A stretch of 58,839 nt of DNA from an uncultured virus (IMG/VR IMGVR_UViG_3300034073_005193) (IMGVR_UViG_3300034073_005193:62001-120839), one strand, 5' to 3'. Numbered from the stretch's first letter, positions 9,518 to 20,448 are shown. The notes: a model not told the origin generated them from the letters alone. Translations and numbers: made by a program.

Positions 9518-10477
9518 ATGATAAGCTTAATAGTTACAGAGTCAGATCTAGAAAAAATAGCAGGAATTCCAGTATTTGTAACGGTAGAAACAAATATTCC
9601 ATCTACTATTTTTTATACGCTAGATGGCTCAGATCCGACGCCATTATCGTCTATTTATATAGATAAAATTAATTTACCCACTGTCAATTCAAAAATAACA
9701 TTAAAAATATTTGCTACTAACGGAATAATAAATTCCACTATTTTTTCTAAAATATACGGAGCTTCTTTTGTAGGCATTGACCCTGGCTCCGCTCAAGTAT
9801 CCAATTATAACCAGTATAGAACTGGCACAAATTACGCTCCATTTGGAGACATGCTCCAAGATGTAAGCCCAATTTTTGGTCCTGCTGCTGGTCTTATTAT
9901 TGACAACGGCAACGTTCAAAATGTTTTAGATGGATACGATTCCGATGGCAACAGAGTAGGGTCTATTGATGAAGGCGTTGGAAGGCTTGATTTTATTTAT
10001 TCCGAAACAGATGGAAAAGGTAATGTTGGGAGAGGTATAGGTACTGTTTCTTATTCAACAATTCGAGAGCCAGAATCTCCGCCAGATCAATCAAGTGTTA
10101 ATAATAAATTCTTTAATCCTAGAGCTAAAATTATTTTTCAATCATATGAAGACACTGAAAATCAAGACATTTCTATGTTAAATAGAAGTCAATTCACTTT
10201 AATAAATCCAGAAAAGTTTAATGGTGGCTCACAATACTATTATAATCCTGGAACTTTACAAACCACTGGCGGAGCGCTCCGCCAACATTTTAATCCAAAA
10301 GACTCAACAATAACTTATTATTATTTCGATTCGGCATCTTTGCGTTGGGTCATTTCAAAAGAAAAATTCTTGCCATCTATTTCTACTAATTATGCAAACA
10401 TAGTTCCAGTGAGTAGAACCTCTGGAACTGGATTAGTATTTAAATGGTATCCATTCTTTAGGAGCCGTATTATATGA
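9518..10477 (+). CDS. protein with N-terminal chitobiase/beta-hexosaminidase C-terminal (Fn3-associated) domain
   Basis: IFYTLDGSDPT..S..Y...I......TLKIFA motif. Confidence 0.7.
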   Translation: MISLIVTESDLEKIAGIPVFVTVETNIPSTIFYTLDGSDPTPLSSIYIDKINLPTVNSKITLKIFATNGIINSTIFSKIYGASFVGIDPGSAQVSNYNQYRTGTNYAPFGDMLQDVSPIFGPAAGLIIDNGNVQNVLDGYDSDGNRVGSIDEGVGRLDFIYSETDGKGNVGRGIGTVSYSTIREPESPPDQSSVNNKFFNPRAKIIFQSYEDTENQDISMLNRSQFTLINPEKFNGGSQYYYNPGTLQTTGGALRQHFNPKDSTITYYYFDSASLRWVISKEKFLPSISTNYANIVPVSRTSGTGLVFKWYPFFRSRII

Positions 10478-11352
10478 AGGGTATTTTGCTGGATGTTAGA
10501 CCAGAAAAAAATATTAACACTTTAAATCTTAGCGTCAGTAAATTAAAAACATTTGAAGATTGTAAAGCAAAATTTAAATTTTCTTACATAGATAAGCTTC
10601 CTAAAAAGGAGTGGGAGTTTCATTCTTTTGGAAAATTTTTACATGCCGTACTAGAGTATTTTCATATTATATTTCGTGATAATCCGGATCAGCCGCTAAA
10701 TCTTTCTATGAAAGAAGCTTATCTTAAAGCAAAAGAAGTATACGAACCTAAGCTTTCCAAAGAAAAAGTTAAAGAAATTTGGGAGCTATGCTTTAATTAT
10801 CTGAAAATTATTTCAGATAAAAGAAAAAATAATGCACTTTCTGACTTTTTGGCAGCCGAAAAAGAATTTAACATTAACATAGAAGATACCATTCTTCTTA
10901 ATGGTTTTATTGATAAGATTCAATTGGATTCTGATAAGATTTTGCATGTAGCTGATTATAAGACTTCAAAGAGCGATTCTTATTTAAAGAATGATTTTTT
11001 TCAGTTAAAAACATATGCTTATGTTATGTTCTTAACCGATCCTTCTTTAAAGAAGGTTAGAACTTCTTATATTATGGCAAGGATGAATTTTAAAGAAATA
11101 GTTAAGGAATTCACTCTTGACGATGTTAAAGATGTGGAAGATTATTATCTAGAGAAGGCTGCTTTAATTAGGGCAGAGGCTGGATATAAACCAAAACCAA
11201 GTCGATTGTGTGACTATTGCGATTATTTAGAAAGCTGCCCAGATGGGTCTAAGTTTTTGGCTTCAGTTGCACCTAGACAGACTAAAATTGTTCCAGTAGA
11301 AAAAGATAATACGTTATATTACAGTTCTGTAACTTGGTTTGATACGAAATAA
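10474..11352 (+). CDS. PD-(D/E)XK nuclease, Cas4/AddB/RecB-like
   Basis: LSVSKL..FEDC, G...H, E, GFIDKI, DYKT, QL..YA and C-terminal CDYC....C. Confidence 0.88.
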   Translation: MKGILLDVRPEKNINTLNLSVSKLKTFEDCKAKFKFSYIDKLPKKEWEFHSFGKFLHAVLEYFHIIFRDNPDQPLNLSMKEAYLKAKEVYEPKLSKEKVKEIWELCFNYLKIISDKRKNNALSDFLAAEKEFNINIEDTILLNGFIDKIQLDSDKILHVADYKTSKSDSYLKNDFFQLKTYAYVMFLTDPSLKKVRTSYIMARMNFKEIVKEFTLDDVKDVEDYYLEKAALIRAEAGYKPKPSRLCDYCDYLESCPDGSKFLASVAPRQTKIVPVEKDNTLYYSSVTWFDTK

Positions 11353-11396
11353 CTTAAATAATTTATTTTAATTTTAAAAATTAAGAAAGGTATATT

Positions 11397-12638
11397 ATGA
11401 CTCTTCAAGTTCAAGAAGTTGATTTATGCAAATTAAATGTACAATACGTGGCTCCGAATGAAAAAGTAAAAGAAGCAAGATCAAAAGCCATAGATCGAAT
11501 TAGGCGAGAAAAAGTTCCAGTAAAGGGCTATAGACCAGGCACAGCACCTAATCATGTCATTGAATTTGCCATGAAATCTACAATTGATTCTTTAGCTGCA
11601 AAAGATCTGGTATCTGATGCATATAATGATCTTATTTTTCAGCACAAAATAAAAACTTTATTTTATCCAAAAGTAGACCATCAATCTTTTGATAATGGTA
11701 AATTTCATTGTGAAATGACGGTCTGGAAAAAACCAGAGGTAGATCTAAAAGAATACAAAGGTTTTAATATTCCAAAGCCAGCAACAGAAAATGTCAAAGA
11801 TTTAACTGCTAAAATGCTGCAAGATTTAAGAATGAAAAATGGAGAGTCAAGACCTTATAACGAAGGTGATTTTGTTCAGCTTGGAGATAAAATCACTCTA
11901 GATATTAAAGCAGAATGCGAAGGGGAAGTTATAAATGAACTAACTCAAGAGGGTATGCTTTATCAAGTTGGTCAATTTAAAGAGCTTGACGAGAATCTGT
12001 CGGGAATGGTGCCCGATGAAACAAAATCTTTTAAAGTTCAAATGGCAGAAGATGCTCCTGTAGATTCAATTAAAAATAAGATCATTGATTTTACAGTAAC
12101 TTTGCACATGGGCATGAGAACTGAGCCTGCTGCGCTAGATGATGAGCTTGCCAAAAAACTAGGAATGTCCAATCTCTCTCAATTGGAGACTTATGTAAAT
12201 TCTATGTTTGATGCCCAATTAAAAGATAAAGAGAAAAAACTATTAAATAATCAATTATTTATTAGATTAATCGAAAACAACCCTTTTGATGTTCCTTCAT
12301 GGCTAGTAGAACTTGAAGCCGAAAATTCAGCGAAAACCAGAGGAGTTGAACTTTCTTCTTTACCAGCAGAAATTCGTCAAAAAGTCCTTGTCGAATCCGA
12401 GAAAGCTGTTAAGCTTAGCCTGATCCTAGACTCAATCAGAGAAAATGAACCAGAAACATCTTTCTCTGAAAGAGAATTATTAAATCTATTGCGCATGAAA
12501 GTTTCAGAGTCTGGAAGTAATCCAGATGAATTTATTAAGCAAGCATCCAAAGATGGATCTATTTTTGGTATTATTGCTAATATGAAAGATACTGCGACGG
12601 TAGATTGGATTCTTAAACACTGTAACATTGTAGATTGA
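11397..12638 (+). CDS. tig: trigger factor
   Basis: Ribosome-binding signature KGYRPGTAP (GFRxGxxP), FKBP-like middle (GDKITLD, L.GM..DETK), LDDELAK, C-domain; 413 aa. Confidence 0.9.
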   Translation: MTLQVQEVDLCKLNVQYVAPNEKVKEARSKAIDRIRREKVPVKGYRPGTAPNHVIEFAMKSTIDSLAAKDLVSDAYNDLIFQHKIKTLFYPKVDHQSFDNGKFHCEMTVWKKPEVDLKEYKGFNIPKPATENVKDLTAKMLQDLRMKNGESRPYNEGDFVQLGDKITLDIKAECEGEVINELTQEGMLYQVGQFKELDENLSGMVPDETKSFKVQMAEDAPVDSIKNKIIDFTVTLHMGMRTEPAALDDELAKKLGMSNLSQLETYVNSMFDAQLKDKEKKLLNNQLFIRLIENNPFDVPSWLVELEAENSAKTRGVELSSLPAEIRQKVLVESEKAVKLSLILDSIRENEPETSFSERELLNLLRMKVSESGSNPDEFIKQASKDGSIFGIIANMKDTATVDWILKHCNIVD

Positions 12639-12652
12639 TAAAGGAATTATAT

Positions 12653-12934
12653 ATGTCAGATGAAACCAATGATTTTCCAACAAAATGGCTAAATAAACTT
12701 CCAGAATCTATTAAAGATTCTGTTGGATCAATGTCAGATGATGAAGTTAAAGAAAGACTTATTGAAGTTGAAAAAGGAATTTCTCAATTTGAGCAAGACA
12801 TGGAGAAAGACGAAAAATTAGCAGCTGCAAAGCAGCTAGTGAAAGAACTCAAAGAAACGTACACAATACCAATCAAAGAACACCAGATAATGGTTAAGTT
12901 TCTAGTTTGGAACCTAGAGCAACGCGGAAAATAA
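12653..12934 (+). CDS. hypothetical coiled-coil protein
   Basis: AAGGA before ATG 12653. Confidence 0.7.
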   Translation: MSDETNDFPTKWLNKLPESIKDSVGSMSDDEVKERLIEVEKGISQFEQDMEKDEKLAAAKQLVKELKETYTIPIKEHQIMVKFLVWNLEQRGK

Positions 12935-12949
12935 TAAATAAAGGAAAAA

Positions 12950-13231
12950 ATGGCTATCAAAACTCATACGATTAAATCTTGCTGTGGAAATTCAAGTACA
13001 ATCCTTGAGACTGATAAGCCATTAAGAAAATATCAGGTAGACGTATTCAAGCAGGCTGGGTACGTCATACCTGATAATTTTTTTAATTCTGGGGTATTTT
13101 ACGCCCAAAAAGATGGTCTTATTGCTACGGGCTCATTTGGCACCAATAAAATTAGTTTGCGAGTATCTCCCCGCTCACAAGACTTAATTCAAGAATTTTC
13201 TCAGCTGCTGGAGGCTGCAGTTTCTAAATGA
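12950..13231 (+). CDS. hypothetical protein
   Basis: AAGGA RBS; ATGA overlap with dnaE. Confidence 0.75.
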   Translation: MAIKTHTIKSCCGNSSTILETDKPLRKYQVDVFKQAGYVIPDNFFNSGVFYAQKDGLIATGSFGTNKISLRVSPRSQDLIQEFSQLLEAAVSK

Positions 13232-16200
13232 AAGATTTTGTTTCTTTTCACAATCACACCACATATTCAGTATTAGATTCTTTAATTAGACCAAGAGATC
13301 TTTTTTATAGAGCCAAAGAATTAGGTCAGTCTGCAATTGCTGTAACCGATCACGCAACTTTGGCTGCTGCGCATGATTGCCTTCATGCTAGTAAGGAGAC
13401 TGGCGTAAAACTAATTATGGGGTGTGAATTTAATTTTGTAGATGATTTAAATTCTACAAATAAAAATGATAGATGGCGACATGTGATTCTTTGCGCCAAA
13501 AATTATAATGGATATAAGAACCTTTTAAAACTAAGTAGAGAAGCAAACAATTATAATGTTATTGCTTTCAAAAAGACATTTCCTAGAATTGATTGGTCTT
13601 TGCTAGAAAAATATTCTTCTGATTTAATTTGTACCACAGCTTGTGCTGGTGGAATACTTGGTCAATTAATCAATACCAGGCAAATTGAAACTGCTAAACT
13701 TCAAGCTAAAAGATTGAAGTCTATTTTTGAAGACGACCTTGCCTTGGAAATTCAACCTCACGCTTTAAAAAGACAAATTAGTACGATGAATGATTATATT
13801 GACCAGACTTTGGTTAATAACATCTTAATTAAGATCGGTAAAGAATTAGATATTAAAGTCATTCCAACAACAGACGCTCATTATCTTTACAGAGAAGATG
13901 CGGAGGCGCATGATGTGGAGTTGGCTATTGGCTCAGGTCAGCCAGTTGAATCAAATAATAGATTACGTTACTATAATACTAGCGATAGCTCTCTTCATTC
14001 TGAGTTTTATATGAAATCTCGGGATGAAGTTGTTTCTTTCTTTTCTCGTCTCTATAAGGAAAAAGCAGATGAATGGGCAGACAACACTCTATACTTTGCT
14101 GAAAAATGTGAATTTCCAAACTGGATTGACCCAGCCTTTACCAATCCTTCTAAACGAGAACTTCCAGATTTTCCAGTAAAAGATCAGCCTGATTATAAGA
14201 AATTTCTTGTTTGGAAGCACGAGCATCTTGAAAAAGAATGTCCAGAAGACGAGGCATATCTTAGATATGTTGTATATTCAAATCTTGATTCTAGAGCTAA
14301 AATGCCAAATATTGAAGCATATAAAGCCAGAATTGAAGATGAGTTTGAAGTTATTGCAGGTAAGAAATTCAATAGTTATATGTTAATTGTGGCGGATATT
14401 TTAGATTTCTGTCGCAAGAATAATATTTCTACTGGCTATGGTCGAGGCAGTGCCGGTGGAAGTTTAATTGCTTATCTTGCTAGAATTCACGAAGCAGACC
14501 CTCTAAAATATAACTTAATTTTTGAACGATTCCAAAATCGTGAAAAAACGGCTATGCCCGATATCGATCTTGATTTCTCCAAGCGAAATCGAGAAAAGGT
14601 TCTTGAATATATTTATAAAAAATATGGCAATGAATACGTGGCTCAAATTGCCAACTATATGGAATTGACGCCTAAGCCATATGCTAGAGCCATTTCAAGA
14701 GTTTATAAACTGGGCGGAGACTTTAAATCTGCTGTTAAGATAGGTAATGAAATTGCAGGCGCAATTCCAGATGATATTCATAAAGTATCTGATTTGATAG
14801 ATAATGCACCCCTATATGCTGAATATAGCAAATTCTATCCACAATTAGCCAAGAGTTCTCAAAAACTTGGAAATATATTTGCTGCTTTTTCTAAGCATGC
14901 AGCAGGGTTGGTTATTGGAAAAAGAAAGCTTGAAGAAATTGTACCATTACGTATAGATAAAGAAGGCTTTATTGTTCTTGAATATGAAAAAGAGCGAGCC
15001 GAAGCCAATGGATTAGTTAAGATGGATATTCTTGGTCTTGAGACTTTGGATATTATTGATGACTGCTTTGAGTTAATTAAAAAACAAGGTAAGCCATTAC
15101 CATCCGAGCCTTTTGACTTTGAAATGTATGATGAAAAGACTTATGATTTGATTGCTTCCGGAAATACTTTTGCTGTATTCCAGCTTGGAACTTCAGGGGC
15201 AACCATGGATCTTTGCAGGAAGATTAAGCCTAAATCCATTCTTGATTTAGCTCTAATCAATGCCTTAGCACGACCTGCCACCGCTGATATTAGGGATGAG
15301 TTTTCAAAGGTGCGAAATGGGGAGAAGCCAATGGAGTTATTGCATCCTTCATTGCAAAGAGCTTTCGGATTTACCTATGGTTTTGGTCTTTTCGAAGAAT
15401 CTCTTATGTTCTTAGCTCAAGATGTTGCAGGTTGGACTCTTAATGAAGCTGATGCCTTGCGAAAATTGACTAAAGAAAAAGGTAAAAATCCTGAGAAGGC
15501 AGCAAAATTACGTAAAAACTTTATTGATAAATCAGTGGAAAATAATATTGATGTAAGTATTGCTACTACAGTGTGGGATGATGTAATTTCTAAATTTTCT
15601 GGGTATGGGTTCAATTTGAGCCACGCTGTATTTTATTCCTTTCTAGGATTCAAGACAGCCTATCTAAAAGCTCACTATCCATTAGAGTTTCTTACCGCCA
15701 ACTTAATTGCGGAAGCTAATTCCAATGCTAAGAACGCTCCTGATAATATTCTTAAAATCAAGCAAGAACTTCGCTCATCAGGTGTAAAAGTTCTACCTCC
15801 TGATATTAATAAATCTGAAATGACCTATAATATCATTGACGATAATACATTGCTAACGGGTTTTGATTCATTAAAATTTATGAGCAATGATGCCATTCCA
15901 GAGATTATTGCTCATCGTCCATATAACTCTTTTGAAGATTTTATGAGAAAAGTCAGCGCCAAGAAAGTTAAGATTAATAGTGTTTATGCTTTGATTGGAT
16001 CTGGTTGCTTTGATTGTTTTGGCATGAGTCGTAAGCAAATGTATTTATACGCCGCTGATTACAGAAAGAAGCTATCACTTTATCTGTCCAGGGCAGAAGA
16101 TGCAACCCAGCCTTTTAACTATCCTTTTCCAGAGGTTGGAGATTTTACTATTCCAGAAAAAAATGCATTTGAAATTTTTTATTTAGGGGAAGGATTAACT

Positions 16201-16839
16201 GGGACGCCATTTGAAATTTATCCTGAATTTTTTGATAAGTCGTCTGTAAATTTTGCAAATCTTGCTAAAGACTTTCCAGACAAAGAAGAAAATGGTTTTT
16301 CAGTAGATATCCCATCTGGATATGGATATCTTCAAGGAATTATTGAAAATTATTTTACTTTTAAGATTAAAAAAGAAACTTCTAAAAATTTTGGAAGAGA
16401 AATGGGAAAGATCTCTTTAAGAGATCCTTTTGGTAATTCTATTGCTCTGACATTATTTCCGGATGAATTAGAAAACTTTAAAAAAGATATCAGAAAAGTC
16501 ATGGGCTCTAAATTTGTGATAGAACCTGGAGTGGCAATTAATTTTGCAGGAGGGTTAAATTGGTATGAGGGATCTCCTAGCTTAATTCTTAAACAGTTAA
16601 GAAAAATTGCAGGTATACCTCAAAAACCATCTAAGGATCAATTAAAGCCACAGAAAGTCAATTTAAAAATTGCTAACTCTAAAAAGAAAAAATCAACTAC
16701 TATGATGGAATTTTTAGATGAAATTAATGAGGAATTAGAAGAGAATGGAATTGTTGAAAATCAAGATTTAGAAAAAAATGATCTATTAGATATAGATGAG
16801 TTATCTGAGTTTCAGGCGCCAGAAGACAACGACGATTAA
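13228..16839 (+). CDS. dnaE: DNA polymerase III alpha subunit (family C)
   Basis: PHP domain HNHT.YS.LD, TDH, DAHY; GRGSAGGS; PDIDLD; KHAAG; KMDILGL; GYGFN.SHA; LKAHYP; C-terminal OB-like region. Confidence 0.97.
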   Translation: MKDFVSFHNHTTYSVLDSLIRPRDLFYRAKELGQSAIAVTDHATLAAAHDCLHASKETGVKLIMGCEFNFVDDLNSTNKNDRWRHVILCAKNYNGYKNLLKLSREANNYNVIAFKKTFPRIDWSLLEKYSSDLICTTACAGGILGQLINTRQIETAKLQAKRLKSIFEDDLALEIQPHALKRQISTMNDYIDQTLVNNILIKIGKELDIKVIPTTDAHYLYREDAEAHDVELAIGSGQPVESNNRLRYYNTSDSSLHSEFYMKSRDEVVSFFSRLYKEKADEWADNTLYFAEKCEFPNWIDPAFTNPSKRELPDFPVKDQPDYKKFLVWKHEHLEKECPEDEAYLRYVVYSNLDSRAKMPNIEAYKARIEDEFEVIAGKKFNSYMLIVADILDFCRKNNISTGYGRGSAGGSLIAYLARIHEADPLKYNLIFERFQNREKTAMPDIDLDFSKRNREKVLEYIYKKYGNEYVAQIANYMELTPKPYARAISRVYKLGGDFKSAVKIGNEIAGAIPDDIHKVSDLIDNAPLYAEYSKFYPQLAKSSQKLGNIFAAFSKHAAGLVIGKRKLEEIVPLRIDKEGFIVLEYEKERAEANGLVKMDILGLETLDIIDDCFELIKKQGKPLPSEPFDFEMYDEKTYDLIASGNTFAVFQLGTSGATMDLCRKIKPKSILDLALINALARPATADIRDEFSKVRNGEKPMELLHPSLQRAFGFTYGFGLFEESLMFLAQDVAGWTLNEADALRKLTKEKGKNPEKAAKLRKNFIDKSVENNIDVSIATTVWDDVISKFSGYGFNLSHAVFYSFLGFKTAYLKAHYPLEFLTANLIAEANSNAKNAPDNILKIKQELRSSGVKVLPPDINKSEMTYNIIDDNTLLTGFDSLKFMSNDAIPEIIAHRPYNSFEDFMRKVSAKKVKINSVYALIGSGCFDCFGMSRKQMYLYAADYRKKLSLYLSRAEDATQPFNYPFPEVGDFTIPEKNAFEIFYLGEGLTGTPFEIYPEFFDKSSVNFANLAKDFPDKEENGFSVDIPSGYGYLQGIIENYFTFKIKKETSKNFGREMGKISLRDPFGNSIALTLFPDELENFKKDIRKVMGSKFVIEPGVAINFAGGLNWYEGSPSLILKQLRKIAGIPQKPSKDQLKPQKVNLKIANSKKKKSTTMMEFLDEINEELEENGIVENQDLEKNDLLDIDELSEFQAPEDNDD

Positions 16840-16853
16840 ATTGGAGATTTTAT

Positions 16854-17525
16854 ATGAAATGCATGAATTGCACTGCGGAAATTTTACCACAATACGTTCA
16901 TTCTATTGCAAATAATATGTGCCCAGGCTGCGGCGAAGCAATATACGACGATCAAACAAAAGATCTTTACAACGAATTAAAAGAGGCTATGCTCAGAATG
17001 CCCAACGATCCCGTTGGTCTTGCAGGCTGGCTACTAGACAATTATAAGCTTCATAAGATCGGCTCTGCCGAACCTGTCTCTAAGTTTTATAATAGCTCTT
17101 TAAAAGAAGAGTCATATAAAGAGTCAAAAAATAAAACTGCATCTGTTGAAAAAACCCATGAATTCTTTCAAAGAGCAGGAGTTTCGCCTCAAATCAAAGG
17201 TAAACCTTCAAAAGATTATAGTTCTTTAGTGGAGCAAATCAATAATGATATTGATGGCATGTATGGCGATGATGAAGTTGAAATGGTTTCAGAGTTTTCA
17301 GAAGAAGACAATATAATTGCTGCCAAATCTATGAATGCTAAATTTGCAGAAGAAGAAATTTTATTACCAGGAAAGCCTTTGGCTCGCCATGAAATGAAAG
17401 AATTAAAAAATTTAATGAGTAAGAATAATTCAAAAGCAGAAGTCATTCTAGAAAATGAAAGAATGGAAAAACTTCAAAGGCAAGAAAATATGCTTTCCGG
17501 AGGGGGCGGCTTTAAAAGAGCATGA
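16854..17525 (+). CDS. zinc-ribbon hypothetical protein
   Basis: N-terminal CMNC...CPGC; GGAG RBS. Confidence 0.75.
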   Translation: MKCMNCTAEILPQYVHSIANNMCPGCGEAIYDDQTKDLYNELKEAMLRMPNDPVGLAGWLLDNYKLHKIGSAEPVSKFYNSSLKEESYKESKNKTASVEKTHEFFQRAGVSPQIKGKPSKDYSSLVEQINNDIDGMYGDDEVEMVSEFSEEDNIIAAKSMNAKFAEEEILLPGKPLARHEMKELKNLMSKNNSKAEVILENERMEKLQRQENMLSGGGGFKRA

Positions 17526-17854
17526 TTAGAATCATAGATAATAAAAAAATAGATTTAACAGAATCGGAACATCAATTGTATCAAGAAATATGCAAAGCAT
17601 ATGATACAACTACTTTTCAAGGAAAAGATTTATTTAAGGGTCTTTTTGAAACTAACGATGATGGCGTTATTATTTTTTTAAAACCATCCAATAAACCCTA
17701 TGCCAGTATGGAAGTTTTCTTATTTTTAATTTCCGTAATGGTGCATCAGCACTTGCGTCAAAGCACACAGCAATTTGATCTTTTAATGGAAGATGCTCGT
17801 CGAGTTATTGACGAAGCCAAAACAGTTATTTTAGAATTAAAAAACAAAGGATAA
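17522..17854 (+). CDS. hypothetical protein
   Basis: ATGA overlap; 110 aa. Confidence 0.75.
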   Translation: MIRIIDNKKIDLTESEHQLYQEICKAYDTTTFQGKDLFKGLFETNDDGVIIFLKPSNKPYASMEVFLFLISVMVHQHLRQSTQQFDLLMEDARRVIDEAKTVILELKNKG

Positions 17855-17860
17855 TTTATT

Positions 17861-18268
17861 ATGGAACAAAGAAACATTGAAAGCCTGGTAGAATTTGTAT
17901 TGAACCAGGTTCAGGCGGTCCAATCTGGAACTTTCGAAGTTATTAAATCTGATGTTGTTGCAGCCGCTTCTTTAGAAGCCCAGCTTCTATTGGCAGACAT
18001 TTTGTCATCTGCAGAATTTGAAGTAAAACAGAGAGAAAATGATTTGGATTTTTTGGAAGCAGAACTGGCTACTAATATTAGGACAGAGAATAGAGAGAAA
18101 AAAATTACTGAAGCTCAGGTTAAAGAGCTAATCAGTAGCAAGTCCGAAGTTAGAGAAGCCAGAAACAACTCAGCAGTAGCTCATAAAGAGTTTAAGAAGT
18201 GGCAATATATTTTTAACACGTTAAAAGATTCTCATATCTTTTTTAGAAACTTGAACAAAACACAATGA
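17861..18268 (+). CDS. putative UvsY-like recombination mediator
   Basis: 135-aa helical protein with KITEAQVKELI segment, directly upstream of recA; family assignment is an inference. Confidence 0.45.
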   Translation: MEQRNIESLVEFVLNQVQAVQSGTFEVIKSDVVAAASLEAQLLLADILSSAEFEVKQRENDLDFLEAELATNIRTENREKKITEAQVKELISSKSEVREARNNSAVAHKEFKKWQYIFNTLKDSHIFFRNLNKTQ

Positions 18269-18307
18269 TGCGCCAGCAGGCTTAAAAGCATCCAAAGGAG
18301 ATAAATA

Positions 18308-19285
18308 ATGGTAACAAAAAATAGTAGCACTTCCCCTACTTCGAAATTAAAATTTGATATTAGCGCATTAGTAGATAAAGCTAGGGGAATATACGGAAAA
18401 TCAGACGCTGGCTTAGCCAAGCAAATTTCATCTGGCTCAAACATTGTGCGAGCCGACAAAGACACGGATTTTGTTCTTTGGTCAAAAGGAGACCATTGGC
18501 AAAAATTAACTGGAACCAAAGGTATTCCATTTGGAAAAATTGTACAAATTGCCGGAAAGCCAGACTCGGGCAAAAGCACACATGCAATGTGCTTTATGGC
18601 AGAAGCTCAAGAGCAAGGTGTATTAGTTATTCTTTGGGATGCTGAAGGTAAATTTTCTCAAAGACGCTATGACTCTAAAATGGGCGGCAATTCTAATGAA
18701 TTGCTAGTCGTGCAAACTAATTCTATCCAAGATGGAGTCATGCACGTCGCTAATACAATTCATGCGGCTAAACAATTAGATCCTAATGTTAAAGTTTTAA
18801 TTGTTTGGGATAGCGTAGGTGCTTCTTTGAATTCAAAAGAAGACTCCGAGGAAACTGAAGAAGCATCTAATCAGCCAGGCGTAGACGCCAGAGATATTGC
18901 TAAAGCAGTTAAGAAATTGAATAAAACCATGTTTCGATATTTCAATAAAGAAACAGGCGAGCATTCAGTAGCTTGCTTAGTGGTCAATCAGGTTTATGCT
19001 AACATTGGGTCAGTGGGAACCAAAGAAAAAGGTGGAGCCCAGCTAGAATACCTTTCTAGCTTGATTTTAAACTTGACTCGAAAATCCGACTTGACAAAAA
19101 CCCGTGGAGGAATTAAAGTCAAGCATGGGATTGTTTCTCGTGCCAAGGTTAAAAAGAACCATCTTTTTGATGGAGATGATTGTGTGTCAGAATTAGAACT
19201 TGAAGTTTCAGCATCTGGAATTCGTTTGTTTGGCAAAGGAAAGAAAGATGATGATGGAGATCTTCTTGAAGAAGAAGATGATTGA
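18308..19285 (+). CDS. recA: RecA/UvsX-like recombinase
   Basis: GIPFGKIVQIAGKPDSGKST, DAE, Walker B IVWDSV, VNQ, GG. Confidence 0.9.
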   Translation: MVTKNSSTSPTSKLKFDISALVDKARGIYGKSDAGLAKQISSGSNIVRADKDTDFVLWSKGDHWQKLTGTKGIPFGKIVQIAGKPDSGKSTHAMCFMAEAQEQGVLVILWDAEGKFSQRRYDSKMGGNSNELLVVQTNSIQDGVMHVANTIHAAKQLDPNVKVLIVWDSVGASLNSKEDSEETEEASNQPGVDARDIAKAVKKLNKTMFRYFNKETGEHSVACLVVNQVYANIGSVGTKEKGGAQLEYLSSLILNLTRKSDLTKTRGGIKVKHGIVSRAKVKKNHLFDGDDCVSELELEVSASGIRLFGKGKKDDDGDLLEEEDD

Positions 19286-19305
19286 TAATTAAAGGCAAAT
19301 AATAT

Positions 19306-19647
19306 ATGAGTGAAAATAAAGATCCGGCTTTTATTAAAGCCTCAGCTTTATCTGAAGTAGATAAGAAACTATCAGATCCAAATGCTAATAAACATTTGCA
19401 CCTGATATCCATAGAAGATCCTTATCATAAGACAAAAGAACGCTCTTTCTTTACGTACAATTTAGACAAGAGTAATTTTGGATTAGAATTTAAAGGATTT
19501 GAAATAGACAAGAAGGCAATTGGTCAAGTAAAAACATGGACAGAAGCACTGAAGTATGCTGAATCAAAAAAGATCGAAATGATCAGTTTATTTATACCAT
19601 GGCATCGAGTTGTCAAAGTCCAAAATCTATCATATAGACCTAAATGA
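19306..19647 (+). CDS. hypothetical protein
   Basis: 113-aa ORF between recA and SSB. Confidence 0.7.
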   Translation: MSENKDPAFIKASALSEVDKKLSDPNANKHLHLISIEDPYHKTKERSFFTYNLDKSNFGLEFKGFEIDKKAIGQVKTWTEALKYAESKKIEMISLFIPWHRVVKVQNLSYRPK

Positions 19648-19669
19648 ATAAATAACAAGGAGATAAATT

Positions 19670-20383
19670 ATGTCAGAAGAAAATCAATCTTACGGTTTTG
19701 TATCATGGGACGATCTAAAATTTTCATCAAAAGATGGAAAGAAAAGTTATGAAAATAAAGAAAGTGATTATTTTAAATTGGAGGCAGGGGTAAATACAGT
19801 TCGTATTCTCACATCTCCCGCTCCTTATAGCTTCCATAATTGGAAGCCAGAGGGTGACAATGTAGATCAGAAAAAAGCTAGTAAATGGGGATATACCGTT
19901 CGCTGCTCTAAAATGCACGGGTCTTGCCCACTGTGTAAGTCAGGAAACAAGCCAAAGCAAAAATTTCTAATGGCTGTTCTTGTAAAAGAAGTAGAAGCAA
20001 AGTCAGATCACAAAGATAAAAATAAAATCAAATTGCTTGATGCTTCGCCTGCAATTGCCAAAGACCTTAAAACTCTTAACGATAATAAAAAATGGGGAAA
20101 TCCTTTCCGATACGATGTTGATATCGTAAAGAACCCTGATGCAGATCCAAATAATTATTATTCAGTAACTCCATCTGGTCCACCAGAGCCTCTTTCGGAA
20201 TCTGAAATGTCAATGAAGGCTTCATGGGATGATAAGACCCTGACTCGCCACTTGGTCATTCCAACTCCAGCACAAGTAGAAGAGCAAATGGAAAGAATTA
20301 TGAAGAAAATTGCCGTAGATGGTAATGCACCAGTCAAAAAAGAAGCAGCTGATGGAGATGATGATTTTCCATCGGTAGATTGA
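19670..20383 (+). CDS. single-stranded DNA-binding protein, T4 gp32-like
   Basis: FKL..G.N.VRIL, C......CPLC zinc site, YDVDI.K...Y.V, acidic tail DGDDDFPSVD. Confidence 0.75.
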   Translation: MSEENQSYGFVSWDDLKFSSKDGKKSYENKESDYFKLEAGVNTVRILTSPAPYSFHNWKPEGDNVDQKKASKWGYTVRCSKMHGSCPLCKSGNKPKQKFLMAVLVKEVEAKSDHKDKNKIKLLDASPAIAKDLKTLNDNKKWGNPFRYDVDIVKNPDADPNNYYSVTPSGPPEPLSESEMSMKASWDDKTLTRHLVIPTPAQVEEQMERIMKKIAVDGNAPVKKEAADGDDDFPSVD

Positions 20384-20408
20384 TAAAATAAAAAAAGCAT
20401 ATTAATAA

Positions 20409-20448
20409 ATAACAAAGGGATGCGATTAATTTCGCATCCCTTTGTTAT
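20409..20448 (+). terminator. 17-bp perfect hairpin after SSB
   Basis: ATAACAAAGGGATGCGA (20409-20425) / TCGCATCCCTTTGTTAT (20432-20448). Confidence 0.8.

Noticed and set aside
10474..11352. Cas4-like nuclease as part of a CRISPR system
   Set aside because: No repeat-spacer array or other cas genes seen; solo PD-(D/E)XK nucleases are common in phage replication clusters.
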